Assembly (NCBI RefSeq): GCF_963921235.1
Contig: NC_086097.1
Location: 197,038,001-197,102,000 of the forward strand
DNA length: 64,000 bases
Source: Mobula hypostoma
Taxonomy: Eukaryota
Reading direction: 5' to 3'
Below the pieces are notes generated by a model. That model did no database searches, had not been told where the DNA came from, and was given only the letters and a program-made list of their open reading frames with translations. Positions 24,103 through 37,313 of this stretch are shown here, piece by piece. Made by a program: the position numbers and the translations under genes. Position 1 is the stretch's first letter. Every line of letters starts with the position of its first letter.

Positions 24103-26013
24103 GAGGAGTATAAGAAGTGCAAGAAAATACTTAAGAAAGAAATCAGGAAGAAGACATGAGGTTGCCTTGGCAGTCAAAGTGAAGGATAATCCAAAGAGCT
24201 TTTACAGGTATATTAAGAGCAAAAGGATTGTAAGGGATAAAATTGGTCCTCTTGAAGATCAGAGTGGTCGGCTATGTGTGGAACCACAGGAAATGGGGGA
24301 GATCTTAAAAAGTTTTTTTGCGTCTGTATTTACTAAGGAAACTGGCATGAAGTGTATGGAATTAAGGGAAACAAGTACTGAGATCATGGAAACTGTACAG
24401 ATCGAAAAGGAGGAGGTCCTTGCTGTCTTGAGGAAAATTAAAGTGGATAAATCCCCGGGACCTGACAGGGTGTTCCCTCGGACCTTGAAGGAGACTAGTG
24501 TTGAAATTGCAGGGGCCCTGACAGAAATATTTAAAATGTCGCTGTCTACAGGTGAGGTGACGGAGGATTGGAGAGTGGCTCATGTTGTTCCGTTGTTTAA
24601 AAAAGGATCAAAAAGTAATCCAGGAAATTATAGGCTGGTAAATTTAACGTTGGTAGTAGGTAAATTATTGGAGGGAGTACTAAGAGACAGAATCTACAAG
24701 CATTTGCATAGGCAGGGACTTATTAGGGAGAGTCAACATGGCTTTGTGCGTGGTAGGTCATGTTTGACCAATCTATTGGAGTTTTTTGAGGAGGTTACCA
24801 GGAAAGTGGATAAAGGGAAGGCAGTGGATATTGTCTACATGGACTTCAGTAAGGCCTTTGACAAGGTCCCGCATGGGAGGTTAGTTAGGAAAATTCAGTC
24901 GCTAGGTATACATGGAGGTGGTAAATTGGATCAGACATTGGCTCAATGGAAGAAGCCAAAGAGTGGTAGTAGAGAATTGCTTCTCCGAGTGGAGGCCTGT
25001 GACTAGTGGTGTGCCACAGGGATCAGTGCTGGGTCCATTGTTATTTGTCATCTATATCAATGATCTGGATGATAATGTGATAAATTGGATCAGCAAATTT
25101 GCTGATGATACAAAGATTGGAGGTGTAGTAGACAGTGAGGAAGGTTTTCAGAGCCTGCAGAGGGACTTGGACCAGCTGGAAAAATGGGCTGAAAAATGGC
25201 AGATGGAGTTTAATACAGACAAGTGTGAGGTATTGCACGTTGGAAGGACAAACCAAGGTAGAACGTACAGGGTTAATGGTAAGGCACTGAGGAGTGCAGT
25301 GGAACAGAGGGGTCTGGGAATACAGATACAAAATTCCCTAAAAGTGGTGTCACAGGTAGATAGGGTCGTAAAGAGAGCTTTTGGTACATTGGCCTTTATT
25401 AATCGAAGTATTGAGTATAAGAACTGGAATGTTATTATGAGGTTGTATAAGGCATTGGTGACGCTGAATCTGGAGTATTGTGTTCAGTTTTGGTCACCAA
25501 ATTACAGGAAGGATATAAATAAGATTGAAAGAGTGCAGAGAAGGTTTACAAGGATGTTGCCGGGACTTGAGAAACTCAGTTACAGAGAAAGGTTGAATGG
25601 GTTAGGACTTTATTCCCTGGAGCGTAGAAGAATGAGGGGAGATTTGATAGAGGTATATAAAATTATGATGGGTATAGATAGAGTGAATGCAAGCAGGCTT
25701 TTTCCACTGAGGCAAGGGGAGAAAAAAAACCAGAGGACATGGTTTAAGGGTGAGGGGGGAAAAGTTTAAAGGGAACATTAGTGGGGGCTTCTTCACACAG
25801 AGAGTGGTGGGAGTATGGAATGAGCTGCCAGACAAGGTGGTAAATGCGGGTTCTTTTTTAACATTTAAGAATAAATTGGACAGATCCATGGATGGGAGGT
25901 GTATGGAGGGATATGGTCCATGTGCAGGTCAGTGGGACTAGGCAGAAAATGGTTTGGCACAGCCAAGAAGGGCCAAAAAGGCCTGTTTCTGTGCTGTAGT
26001 TTCTGTGGTTCTA
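24103..26013 (+). mobile_element. Young 5'-truncated CR1 (tether plus RT)
   Basis: ORFs 24053-25006, 24912-25769 and 25750-25941 give a nearly complete RT with two frameshifts; tail TTTCTGTGGTTCTAT. Confidence 0.93.
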
Positions 26014-26388
26014 TGGAAAGAGGGCAAAGGGAATTTACAGTATGTTTCCAGGACTAGAGGGACTGAGTTGTATGGAGAGATTGGCCAGTCTAGGCCTTTA
26101 TTCCTTAGAATGTAAGAGACTGACGGATAAACTCCTAGTGATATATAAAAACATAAAGGGTATGTATAGGGTGAATGCACAAAGTCTTTTTCCCAGGAAA
26201 GGGAAACTAAACACTAAAAGGCAAGTTTAAGGTGAGGGGTGAAAGATTTAAAAAGGAACCTAAGGGATAATTCTTTAATCCACAGGGCGGACAATATATG
26301 GGATGGGCTGTCGGAGAAGTGGTTGAGGCAGGGGCAATAATGATGTTTAAAGGACATTTGGACAGGTACATGGATAGGAAAGATTCAG

Positions 26389-26466
26389 CAGGGGTGCCTA
26401 ATCTTTTTATGCCATGGACCTCTACCATTAATCCAGGGATCCATGGATCCAAGGCTGGGAACTATT
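26389..26466. mobile_element. Short decayed hAT-type MITE
   Basis: CAGGGGTGCCTAATC ... GGCTGGGAAC degenerate TIRs interrupting a CR1 3' region. Confidence 0.5.
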
Positions 26467-27009
26467 AGATCAGAGGGATATGAGTCAAATGTAGGTAAAT
26501 GGACTTAGCTTAGATGGGAATCTTGGTCAACATGGACTAGTTGGGGCAAATGGCCTGTTTTCCTGCTGCTTTACTCTGATTCTAAGGCCAGTAGGACAAA
26601 AGCCAAGCACCACACCCATGAGAGAAACAATAGGTAGACGGAACAGACTGTGGTACTTGTGTTGAGAGTTAGAAATGAAAGCAAAATAATTGAGAAGGAT
26701 TATATTTTTTTCAGTTATTTATTTTGATAATGTATATTGATTTTAAAAACTGCATCCTTAACTAGTTTTAATGGGCTGGAAAAAGTCTGTGTGTGATAAC
26801 ATTCATCAAACTGACTACTTATTGGACCCAGGCATTCTCCTGTCTCAGCAAGTCACTCAGTGCAAATACAACCCCACTCTGCCTCTGCACAGTGGCCGCA
26901 TTCAATTCCTGGTGCTGCTCTAGATGGGAAAATCTGTTGTCTCTGAGGTCCCAGCATAATGTGACCTCTTACAATTGTCTCTGACAATTCCCAGCATTTA
27001 CTGCAGCCA

Positions 27010-27445
27010 CTTGGAATGGTCAGAGGCTGAAGAAAGGGCTAGTAACATCATGAAGGGCCCACCCATTCTGCTCATAAACTGTCTCATTCCCATCAGGAAG
27101 GAGGCTGTGTAGTATCTATGCCTGGACCACCAGTCTCAAAAACAGTTACTTCCCCCAAGCAGTAAAGCTCATCAACACCTCCAGCCAGTAACCTCCCCTT
27201 TACACCCCCAACCACCACTACTTTTATCATTTTCTGTGAGTCACCTTTTGTACAGACAAGCCTGTGTCTAGCATCACTTCATACACATAGATTGATTGTA
27301 TGTCCATAAACTATATTATGTATTTATATTGATTCTGTTTTTCATTATGTTCTTTATCTTATTGTGTATCTTTTGTCCTGCATTGGAGCAGGAGTAACCA
27401 TTATTTTGTTCTCCTGCACACTAAGCAATCATGAATCTTGAAACT
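27010..27445 (+). mobile_element. Rex1/Babar-type 3' fragment
   Basis: CCCATCAGGAAGGAGG...AAAAACAGTTACTTCCCCCAAGCAGT (PSGRR, KNSYFPQA) and a TGAATCTTGAA tail. Confidence 0.7.
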
Positions 27446-27734
27446 CTTGAATTTCTGGCATACTGCTAGTGTCTTCTACAGTTAAAACAGACTCAAAGTA
27501 CTTACTAAGTTCGTCTGCTATTTCTTTTGTCCCCTATTGTTGGCTTTTCAGCATCATTTTTCAGCAGCCTGATATCTTCTCTGGCCTCTTTTACTCTTCA
27601 TGTATCTGAAAAAAAGCTTCTGGTATCATCTTTTATATTATTGGCTAGCCTACCTTCCTATTTCATCTCTTCTCTTCTTATGGCTTTTTTGTTGCCTTCT
27701 GTTAGTTTTTAAAATCTTCCCAATCATATAATTG

Positions 27735-29540
27735 GATTAAGAAGCTATAAGAAGGGAAAAGATGAAATATGAGGCAAACTAGCTGATAACATAGAGCAGC
27801 ATACTAAAAGTTTTTTTCAGTTATATAAAGAGTAAAAGGCAGGTGAGAGTTGATATTGCAGCATTGGAAAATGATGCTGGTGAGGTAGTAATGGCGAACA
27901 AAGAAATGGCAGATGAACTTCGGTACTTTGCTTCAGTCTTCACTGTGGAAGACACTAGCTGTATGCCAGAGGTCCGTGACGGTCAGGGAGCAGGAGTGAG
28001 TGCCATTGCTATTACAAAGGAAAAAGTGCTAAGCAAACTCCAAGGTCTTAAGGTGGATAAGTCACTTGGACCAGTTGCCTCTCTCAGGACTCGAGACAAC
28101 AGATGCATTGGTCATGATCTTTCAAGAATCACTTGATTGCGGCATGGTCCCGGAGGACTAGAAGATAGAAAATGTCACTCCACTCTTTAAGAAGGGAAAT
28201 TATAGGCCAATTAGTCTAACCTCAGTGGTTGCGAAAGTGTTGGAGGTTATTTTTAAGGATGAGGTTTCGGGGTATTTGGAGACTAATGACAAAGTAAGTC
28301 AAAGACAGCATGGTTTCTGTAAAGGGTAATCTTGCCTGACAAATCTGTTAGAGTTCTTCGAGGAAGTAACAAGCAGGGTGGACAAAGGGGATGCAATAGA
28401 TGTCATTTACTTGGATTTTCAGAAGGCATTTGGTAAGGTGCCTCACATGAGGCTGCTTAACAAGATAAAATTCTGTGGTGGTACAGGAAATATACTGGTA
28501 TGGATAGCGGAATGGCTGACAGGCAGGAGGCAGCCAGTGGGAATGAAGGGGGCCTTTTCAGCTTGATTGCCAGTGACTAGTGGTGTTCAGTATTGGGATC
28601 ACTACTTTTCACATTGGTAATAATTTGGATAGTGGAATTGATGGCTTTGTGGCAATGTTTGTGGATGATATGAACATAGGTGGAGGGGTGGGTGGTGCTG
28701 AGGAAGCAATACAATTGCAGTAGGACTTAGGCAAATTGGAAGAATGGACAAAAATGTGGCAGATGGAATACAGTGTTGGGAAATGTACAATAATGCATTT
28801 TGGTAAAATGAATATAGTGCAGACTATTATCTAAATGAGGAGAAAATTCAGAGGTGCAAAGAGACTTGTGAGTCCTTGTGCAGGACTCCCAGAAGGTTAA
28901 TTCACAGATTGAATCTGTGGTAAAGAAGGCAGATGCAATGTTGCCATTTATTTCAAGGGGAATAGAATATAAGAACAAGGAGATAATGCTGAGTATTTAT
29001 AAGACAATAGACAGGCTGCGCATGGAGTATTGTCAACAGTTTTGGGCCCTTATCTCAGAAAGGGTACATTGTCATTGGAGAGAGGCCAGAGGAGGTTCGC
29101 AAGGATGATTCCAGGAATGAAGGGGTTAACACATAAGGAGCATTTGGCAGCTTTGGGCCTGTATTCACTGGAATTTCGAAGATTGCGTGGGGGTCTTACT
29201 GAAACCTACTAAGTGTTGAAAGGACTAGATCAGGAGGATGTGGAGAGAATGTTTCCTCTGGTGGGGCTACCCAGAACTAAAGGGCACAGCCTCAAAATTA
29301 GAACAAATGAGGATTTTTTTTTTTTAGCCAAAGAGTGGTGAATCTGTGGAATGCTCTGTCAGAGACTGTGGTGGAGGCCAAGTCTGTGGGTATATTCAAA
29401 GCGGAAGTTGATAGATTCCTGATTGGTCGGGGTATCAAGGGATACAGTGAGAGATCAGGTGAATGGGACTGGGATCAGCCATGATGGAATGGCAGAGCAG
29501 AGTCAATGGGTTGAGTGGCCTAATTCTGCTCCTATGTCTT
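27735..29540 (+). mobile_element. 5'-truncated CR1 (tether, RT, 3' UTR)
   Basis: ORFs 27843-29212 carry CR1 ORF2 motifs; tail CTGCTCCTATGTCTT. Confidence 0.9.
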
Positions 29541-30361
29541 AATTGTCTTATAATTTCCCTCTAATTTTTGCTCTATTATATTCCCTCTCTTTTGCTTTTA
29601 TTTTGTCTTTGACTTTCCTTGTCAGCCATGGTTGTGATATCCTCCCTTTAGAATACTTCCTCATCTTCAGGCTTGGGCAAAGTAAGTACCTGGTGAGTTT
29701 CTTTTTCTTCATTCTTCATTTGTTAGTACATAGTTTGAGCAGTAAGAATGGCTTCAGGGGTTGGGTTGGGTTGTGTTCTTTACGTGATATCTGGGAATTC
29801 TGGGAGACCTCCAGCCTTCCGGATAAGCACATCTGCCCCAGGTACACAAGGCTGCAACTTCTCAGAGAATGTATTAGGGAACTGTAACTGCAGTTTGATG
29901 ACCTTTGACTCACATGGGAAACTGAGGAAGTGATAGATAGGAGCTACAGGGAGGTAGAAAGCAGGTAAATCGATAATTGACGGGACAGGGAAGGTAAATG
30001 GGCAGTCAGTACAGAGTACCCCTGAGGCCTTTCCCCTCAAAAATAAGTATACCATTATGGATACTGTTGAGGGGGTGGGGAGGGGGAGCTGTTGTCACTG
30101 GGTCTCTGGCACTGAGTTTGGCTCTGTGGCTCAGAAGGGAAGTGGAGGAGAAGAGGACTGCAGTAGTGATGGAGGATTCCACGGTTAGAGGAGTAGATAC
30201 AAGATTCTGTGGATGCGATAGTGACAATCGGATAGTATGCTGCTTTTAAAGTGCAGGGTCAGGGATGGCTCTGATTGGGTCCACAACATTCTAAGTGGGG
30301 AGGGTGAGCTATCAGAAGTCTAGGTACACTTTGGTACAAATGACTTGGGTAGGGAAAATGA

Positions 30362-31343
30362 GAAACATAGAAACAGAAAACATACAGCACAATATAGGCT
30401 CTTCGGCCCACAAAGCTGTGCCGAACATGTCCCTATCTTAGAACCACCTAGTCTTTACCCATAGCCTTCTATTTTTCTAAGCTCCATGTAGCCATCCCAG
30501 AGTCCCTTAAAAGACCCTATCATTTCCGCCTCCACCATCGCCGCCACCAGCCCATTCCACGCACTCCCCACTCTCTGCGTAAAAAAAAAACTTACCCCTG
30601 ACATCTCTCTACCTACTTCCAAGCACCTTAAAACTATGCCCTCTTGTGCTAGCCATTTCAGTCCCAGGGAAAAGCCTTTGACTATCCACACGATCAATGC
30701 CTCTCATTATCTTGTACACCTCTATCAAATCACCTGTCATCCTCCATCGCTCCAAGGAGAAAAAGCCGAGTTCACTCAACCTATTCTCATAAGGCATGCT
30801 CCCCAATCCAGGCAACATCCTTGTAAATCTCCTCTGCACTCTTTCTATGGTTTCCACGTCCTTCCTGTAGTGAGGCGACCAGAATTGAGCACAGTACTTC
30901 AAGTGGGGTCTGACCAGGGTCCTATATAGCTGCAACATTATATCTCGGCTCTTAAACTCAATCCCACGATTGATGGAGGCCAATGCACTGTATGCCTCCT
31001 TAACCACAGAGTCAACCTGCGTAGCAGCTTTGAGTGTCCTATGGACTCAGACCCCAAGATCCCTCTGATCCTCCACACTGCCAAGATTCTTACCATTAAT
31101 ACTACATTCTGCCATCATATGTGACTTACCAAAATGAACCACTTCACACTTATCTGGGTTGAATTCCATCTGTCACTTCTCAGCCCAGTTTTGCATCCTA
31201 TCAATGTCCCGCTGTAACCTCTGATAGCCCTCCACACTATCCACAACACCTCCAACCTTTGTGTCATCAGCAAATTTACTAACTCATCCCTCCACTTTCT
31301 CATCCAGATCATTTATAAAAATCACAAAGAGTAGGGGTCCCAG
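30362..31343 (-). mobile_element. 5'-truncated CR1 inserted in CR1 ORF1
   Basis: Minus ORFs 30609-31007 and 30455-30697; tail reads GAAACATAGAAAC on +; same subfamily as 50265-50945. Confidence 0.9.
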
Positions 31344-31874
31344 AAGTTCCTGAAGAGAAAATTTAAGGAGCTAGGTAGAAAGCTGAAAAGCAGAACTTCC
31401 AGGGTAGAAATCTCTGGATTGCTGCCTGTGCCTTGCACCAGTGAGGTTAAGAATAGAAGGATTTGGCAGATGAGTTCTTGGCTCAGAAACTGGTGCAGGG
31501 GGTAGGGTTTCCGATTTCTTGATCATTGGGATATCTCCTGGGGGAAGGTACTGGGCTTCTGGGAAGGGTTTAAACTAATTTGGTACAGGGATGGGGATCA
31601 GAGTGATAATGCTGAGGGTAGTGCTATTGCTTTACAAGCAGAGGCAATGTATGGTGAGAGTCAGGAAGGACAGGCAGATAATAGGGCAAAATTGCAGTCA
31701 GTGGGATGAACTGCAGTTTAAAAGGACAAAATTGAAAAGGATGATGGATGCAGAGCTGAAGGTGTTATATTTGAATGCACGGAATATATGGAATATGGTG
31801 GCACATATTGGCAGATATGATGTTTGGGTAATTTCCAGGTTGTGATTGGGAGCTTAACATCCAAGGATACACAA

Positions 31875-33215
31875 TGTCATAGAGTCAGAGGAAAGAACAA
31901 CACAGGAACAGCCACTTTGGCCCATCTTGACCTTGCCAAATTATTTAAACTGCCTATTGCCATAGACCTGCGCTAGGACCATAGACCTCCGTACCCCTAC
32001 CATCCATGCACTTATTCAAACGTCTCTTAAATGTTGAAATCAAGCTCACATGTACCACTAGCGCTGGCAGCTTGTTCCACACTCTCATGACCCTCAGAGT
32101 GAAGAAGTTTCCCCTCATGTTGCCCCTTAAACTGTTCACTTTTCACCCTTAACCCTTAACCCATGACATCCAGTTGTACTTCCAGTCAAGCTCAGTGGAA
32201 AAAGCCTGCTTGCATTAACCCTATCTATACAACTCATAATTTTGTATTTCTATCAAATCTCCTCTCAATCTTCTATGTTCCAAAGAATGAAGTCCTAACC
32301 TATTCAATCTCTCCTTATAACTCAGGTCCTCCAGACCCAGCAACATCCTTGTCAATTTTCCCTGTACTCTTTCAACCTTATTTACATCTTTCCTGTAGGT
32401 AGGTGACCAAAACTGCCCACAATACTCCAAATTAGGCCTCACCAATGTCTTGTACAACTTCAACATAACCACCATCTCAACACTTCAATATATGAAGGCT
32501 AATGTGCCAAAAGCTTTCTTTATGACTATATCTACCTGTGACACCACTTTCAATGAATTACAGCAACACACACAAAATGCTGGAGGCACTCTCTGGCATC
32601 TCCCACAACTCCAATGTCTGATCCAATTTACTACCTCATCTTGACTGCCAAGAGACTGAAACCTCTTGACCTTCTTCCCATGTGGAATCTTGTCAAATGC
32701 CTTGGTCAAGTCCACATAGACAGCATCCACCAACTTGAATTGTTCAACTTTCCTTGTAATTTCCTCAAAATCCCTGTAAGTTTGGTTAGATATGGCCTAC
32801 CATGCAAAAGCCATGCCGACTATCCCGAATCGGTGCATGCCTAACCAAATACTCATATATTCAATTCCTTAGAATACCTTCCAATAACTTTCCCACTACT
32901 GGCGGCAGGTTCATCAGCCTATAATTTCTTGGTTTATTTTTAGAGCTTTTCTTAAACATCAGAACAACACTGGCTATCCTCCAATCCTTTGGTAGCTCAC
33001 CTGGTGCTAAGGATGATTTTAAATATCTCTGTGAGGGCCCCCGCAATTTCTGCACTTGCCTCACACAGGGTATGAGGGAACACCTTGTCAGCCCATGGGG
33101 ATTTATCCAACCTAATTTGCCTCAAGACAGCGAGCACTGGAGTCCATGAAGTCGATGCTGCTTTGCTTCACTTCTGAATAAATACAGATGGAAAAAAAAT
33201 CCATTTACGATCCCC
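31875..33215 (-). mobile_element. CR1 fragment with internal deletions
   Basis: Minus ORFs 32221-32475, 32485-32733 and 32861-33064 with CR1 RT motifs; short PLE-like piece at ~32563-32591. Confidence 0.85.
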
Positions 33216-33949
33216 CCCACAATCAAAAAGGCACGTAGGCAAAGGGGGTGGTGTGTCTCTGGGGGAAAAATGAAATCAGATTGAACTGCAAAGGTAAAAG
33301 ACCATGGTAGAAGTTTTATACAGGCCTCCAAAGAGTAGGCAGGAAGTGGGCTTCAAGTGAAAATGAGAGCTAGAAAATGCATGTCAAAATGGAAATGTTA
33401 TGATAATCATGGGAAATTTCAATATGCAGGTATATTGGGAACTTAATGTTGGTGCTGGACCCCAAGAAAGAATTTATAGAATACCTACAAAATATCTTTT
33501 TAGAGCAGCTTGTGGTCAGGCCCATGAGGGGATCAGCAATTCTCGATTGGATCTTCTGAATTGAACCAGATTTGATCAGTGAGTTTAAGGTAATGGAACC
33601 CTTGAGAGACAATGATCATATGTTAGAATTCACACTGCAATTTGAGAGGTAGAAGCTAAAGTCAGATGTATCAGTATTACAGTGGAGTAAAGGGAATTAC
33701 AGAGGCATGAGAGAGGAACTGGCCAAAGTTGAATGGAAGAGGACATGAACAGAGATGATGGCAGAGCAACAATGGCTGGAATTTCTGGGAGCAATTCAGA
33801 AGGTGCAATTATAGATACATGTCAATGCCATAGTAGTCTGAAGGCAGGATGGCACATCAATGGCTGACAAGGGAAGTCAAAGCCAATATAAAAGCAAAAG
33901 AGAGAGCTTATAATAGAGCAAAATATAGTGGGAAGTTAGAGGATTTATG

Positions 33950-35015
33950 TGAAGCCCGGTTTAAGATGGCATGTGTGTAGCACAGTGATGTCTTTCTGGA
34001 AGTAAACATAACCATTAACTACTTTACTACTCACATGAAAGTGATCACTGCAATCAATAAGCTGTTGCTTCGTTTTTGCAGCTAAGCTGTTGAACAGTTT
34101 GTGCGACCTGGCATTTTTGACGTGGAAACTGGAACCTCACAGGACAGTTACAGCGTGGTGCACAATTGAGGCAGTGGGCCCAGGCCGGAGAGCAGGGAAC
34201 AAGCCAATCTTTGGCCATTGCTGGAGCGGACTTGTAGGTGATTTGAGGCAGAACTGAGGTGAAGCAGTCTTGGCTCAGGTGAGGAACGATCCACTGTTTG
34301 GCCAATTTAAGCATTGGGCCAGATTGGAAGTGTTGGGTAAGTGCTGAATCAAGCCAGTGTGGCCCAAGCACAGAGTGTAACGAAGCAGCAGGGCCCAGGT
34401 CTGAGAGCGAGGTTTGGCTGATTTAGGTTCTGGGCCAGATTAAAAATGTCAGTGTGTGAGTGCTGGTGTTCAGCACACTGCTCCACGAGGTTTACTCGTC
34501 TCTGTGCTGAACTGAGACCGTGGTCTGTAACTATCCAGCTCCTGGATAGGCTGTGGACTCATTTTTGTGATCTTCAGTTCTGAATGTCATTGTGCAAACA
34601 ATAAAAATAAGCAAATTTGTTTTTTTTCTGCACATTGGGTGATTGATGTTTTTTTTATTAGGTTCTATTGCATTCAACTGTCCAGATCTTGGCTCCATCC
34701 CTCCCCCTCCTGTCTTCTCCTATCATTTTGGATCTCCCCCTCCCCCTCCCACTTTCAAATCTCTTACTAGCTCTTCCTTCAGTTAGTCCTGACAAAGGGT
34801 CTCGGCCTGAAACGTCGACTGTACCTCTTCCTAGAGATGCTGCCTGGCCTGCTGCGTTCACCAGCAACTTTGATGTGTGTTGCTTGAATTTCCAGCATCT
34901 GCAGAATTCCTCGTGTTTCCATCGCATTTCTTTGTTTTGTGGCTGACTGTAATGAGATGAGTCTCAAGGTTGCATATAGTATACAAACTTTGATAATAAA
35001 TGTACTTTGAACTTT
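33950..35015 (+). mobile_element. Non-autonomous element with Rex1-type tail
   Basis: Interrupts the CR1 tether; starts near AAGATGGC; ends ATAATAAATGTACTTTGAACTTT; no RT ORF. Confidence 0.6.
34675..34918 (+). mobile_element. Penelope-like pLTR/3' end with hammerhead motif (G8A)
   Basis: Pyrimidine tract, then AGTC-CTGACAA-AGGGTCTCGGCCT-GAAACGTC-GACT at 34785-34820, then the family 3' end. Confidence 0.85.
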
Positions 35016-37307
35016 GGGAAACATAAAAACCAATAGAAGGCAACTAAAAAGCTATGGGGGTGGGGGGTGGGAAAGGTTAAATATGAAGGTAAGCTACTCA
35101 ATAAATATCAAAGAGGATACCAGAAGTTTTCTCAGATATTTCAAGAGTAAAAGAAAACTGGGAGTAGCCTATGGACCACTGGAAAACAATGCTGGAGAGG
35201 TAGTTACGAGGAACAAGGACAAACAGAACATGTATTTTGCATCAGTTGTCACTGTTGAAGACACTAGCAGTATACCAGAAGTTCAAGAATATCAGGGGGC
35301 AGAAGTGAACATAAATTCCTATTGCTAAGAAGAAAGTGCATAGGAAGCTGAAAGTAGATGAGTCACCCGGACCAGATGGACTACACCTCTGGTTCTGAAA
35401 GAGGGAGCTTAAGGCATTATGGAGACATTTGTATGGTTTGAGGATTGGAATATTTCATATCATTCCACTCTTCAAGAAGGGATAGAGGCAGGGAAAAAAA
35501 AACACGAACTATAGGCCTGCTGGCCTGACCTCAGTGTTTGGGAAGATGTTGAATGTGTTTGTTAAGGATGTGGCCTCAGGTTACTTGGAGGCACAAAGTA
35601 AGATAGGCCAAAGTCAGCAGGTTTCCTTGAAAAATCTTGCCTAACAAACCTGTTGAGAAATAACAAGGAGGATAGACAAAGGAGAAAAAGTTGATATTGT
35701 GTACTTGGATTTTCAGAAGGCCTTTGACAAACTGTTGCACATGAGGCTGGTTACAAGATAAGAGCTCATGGTATTACTGGAAAAATACCAGCATGGATAG
35801 ACCATTGGCTGATTTGCAGGATGCAAGAGTGGAAATAAAGGGAGCCTTTTCTAATGGGCTGCCGGTGACTAGTGGTGTTCCACAAGGGTTGGCGTTGGGA
35901 CTGCTTCTTTTTACATTGTATGTCAACTTGAATGACAGAGTTGACGGCTTTGTGGTTAGGTTTGTGGATGGTATGAAGTTGTGTGGAGGAAGCATAATGG
36001 CTGCAGAAGGACTTGGATTAGGGAAATGGGCAAAGAAGTGGCAGATGGAATACAGTGTTGGGGAGGCTATGGTCATGCACCTTGGTAGAAGGAATAGAAT
36101 CGTAGCTTATTTTCATTAAGGGAGAAAATTCAAAAATTTAGGGTGCAAAGGGGCTGGAGTTCTCATGCAGGATACTCTAAAGGTTAATTTGCAGGTTGAT
36201 TTGGTGGTGAGGAAGGCAAATGTAATGTTAGCATTCATTTTGAGAGGACTAGAATATGAATGCAATGATATAATAGCCTTCATAAGGCACTAGTGAGGCC
36301 TAACTTGGAGTATTGAGGACAGTTTTAGGTCCCTTATTTAATAAAGGAGCTTCATGAGAATGAAAGGCTTATGATGTGAGGAACAATTGATAGCTCTGTG
36401 CCTGTACTCGCTGGAATTTGTAAGAATGATGGGGAGTGTCACTGAAACCTATCAAATGTTGAAAGGACAAGAGTGGATGTTTCCAATGGTGGGGGAATCT
36501 AGGACCAGAGGTCACAGCCTCAGAATAGAGAGTCATCTATTTTAGACTGGAGATGTGGAGGGATTTCTTTAGCTGGAGTGGTGCATCTGTGGAATTCATT
36601 GTCACATGGAGATCAGATCAATGGATTCATTTAAGATAGGTTCTTGATGAATCAGTGTGTGAAAGGCTATGGGAAGAATGGGGTTGAGAGGGAAATGGAT
36701 CAGCCATGATGAAATGGCAGAGCAGACTCGACAGGCCGAATAGCTTAATTCTGCTCCTATGTCTTAAGTCTTACCTTTGGGCAACATCTATCCTGCGTCC
36801 CCTATATTGCTCCAATAAATTCTAGCTGTTGCTGTCATCTCTGCTGGTGTTCCTTTTCAGGAAACTTTGATCAGCTTCTCTCTCATGCCTCTGAATTTCC
36901 CTTTATTCTACCGTAATATTGATGCATCTGACTTTGGCTTCTCCCTCTCAAACTGCAGAGTAAATTCTACCATTATGTTGGTTACTAAGGGTTCCTTTAC
37001 CTTAAGCTCCCAATAAAATTTAGTCCATTACACAACACACAATCCAGAATTGCCTTTGAGCATAATTGTAATTATGCTAATTACAAAGGCCATGAAAACA
37101 TTACAAATGCTTAACTTTACACGAGAATAGAAGGCTAACTCTAGCATTTTCAGAAAATTCAATATTATTGACCTGCACTTTCCCAGTGTTTCATCTCAGA
37201 TTCTTGTTTTAAGTAGTATTCAGTAGTTTCCCGTTCCTGTAATTTTAAACAAAAGCAGATGTAGGCAACTGATCTGTATTGGTTTACTTTGCGCTAAATA
37301 CGATGTT

Positions 37308-37313
37308 TTTATT
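37308..37313 (-). promoter_or_regulatory. Candidate THOC1 polyadenylation signal (alternative at 37690-37695)
   Basis: TTTATT on + equals AATAAA on -, within unique sequence downstream of the stop. Confidence 0.4.

Larger units (their letters stand above)
23965..26585 (+). mobile_element. Older CR1 3' fragment hosting a younger CR1 and a MITE
   Basis: CATTAAACTG (~24100) resumes as GGAAAGAGGGCAAAGG (~26014). Confidence 0.75.
29668..36773 (+). mobile_element. Full-span decayed CR1 (ORF1 Cys/His region plus esterase, ORF2) with nested inserts
   Basis: ORF1 remnants CSLRDIWE..HICPR and VVMEDSTVRGVD; EN at 31760-33700; RT at 35340-36300; tail CCTATGTCTTAAGTCTTA. Confidence 0.8.
27446..37055 (-). 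mobile_element. Basal CR1 fragment in three collinear pieces (27446-27733, 29545-29667, 36774-37055)
   Basis: Pieces rejoin into continuous EN-tether sequence when the inserts are removed. Confidence 0.75.
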
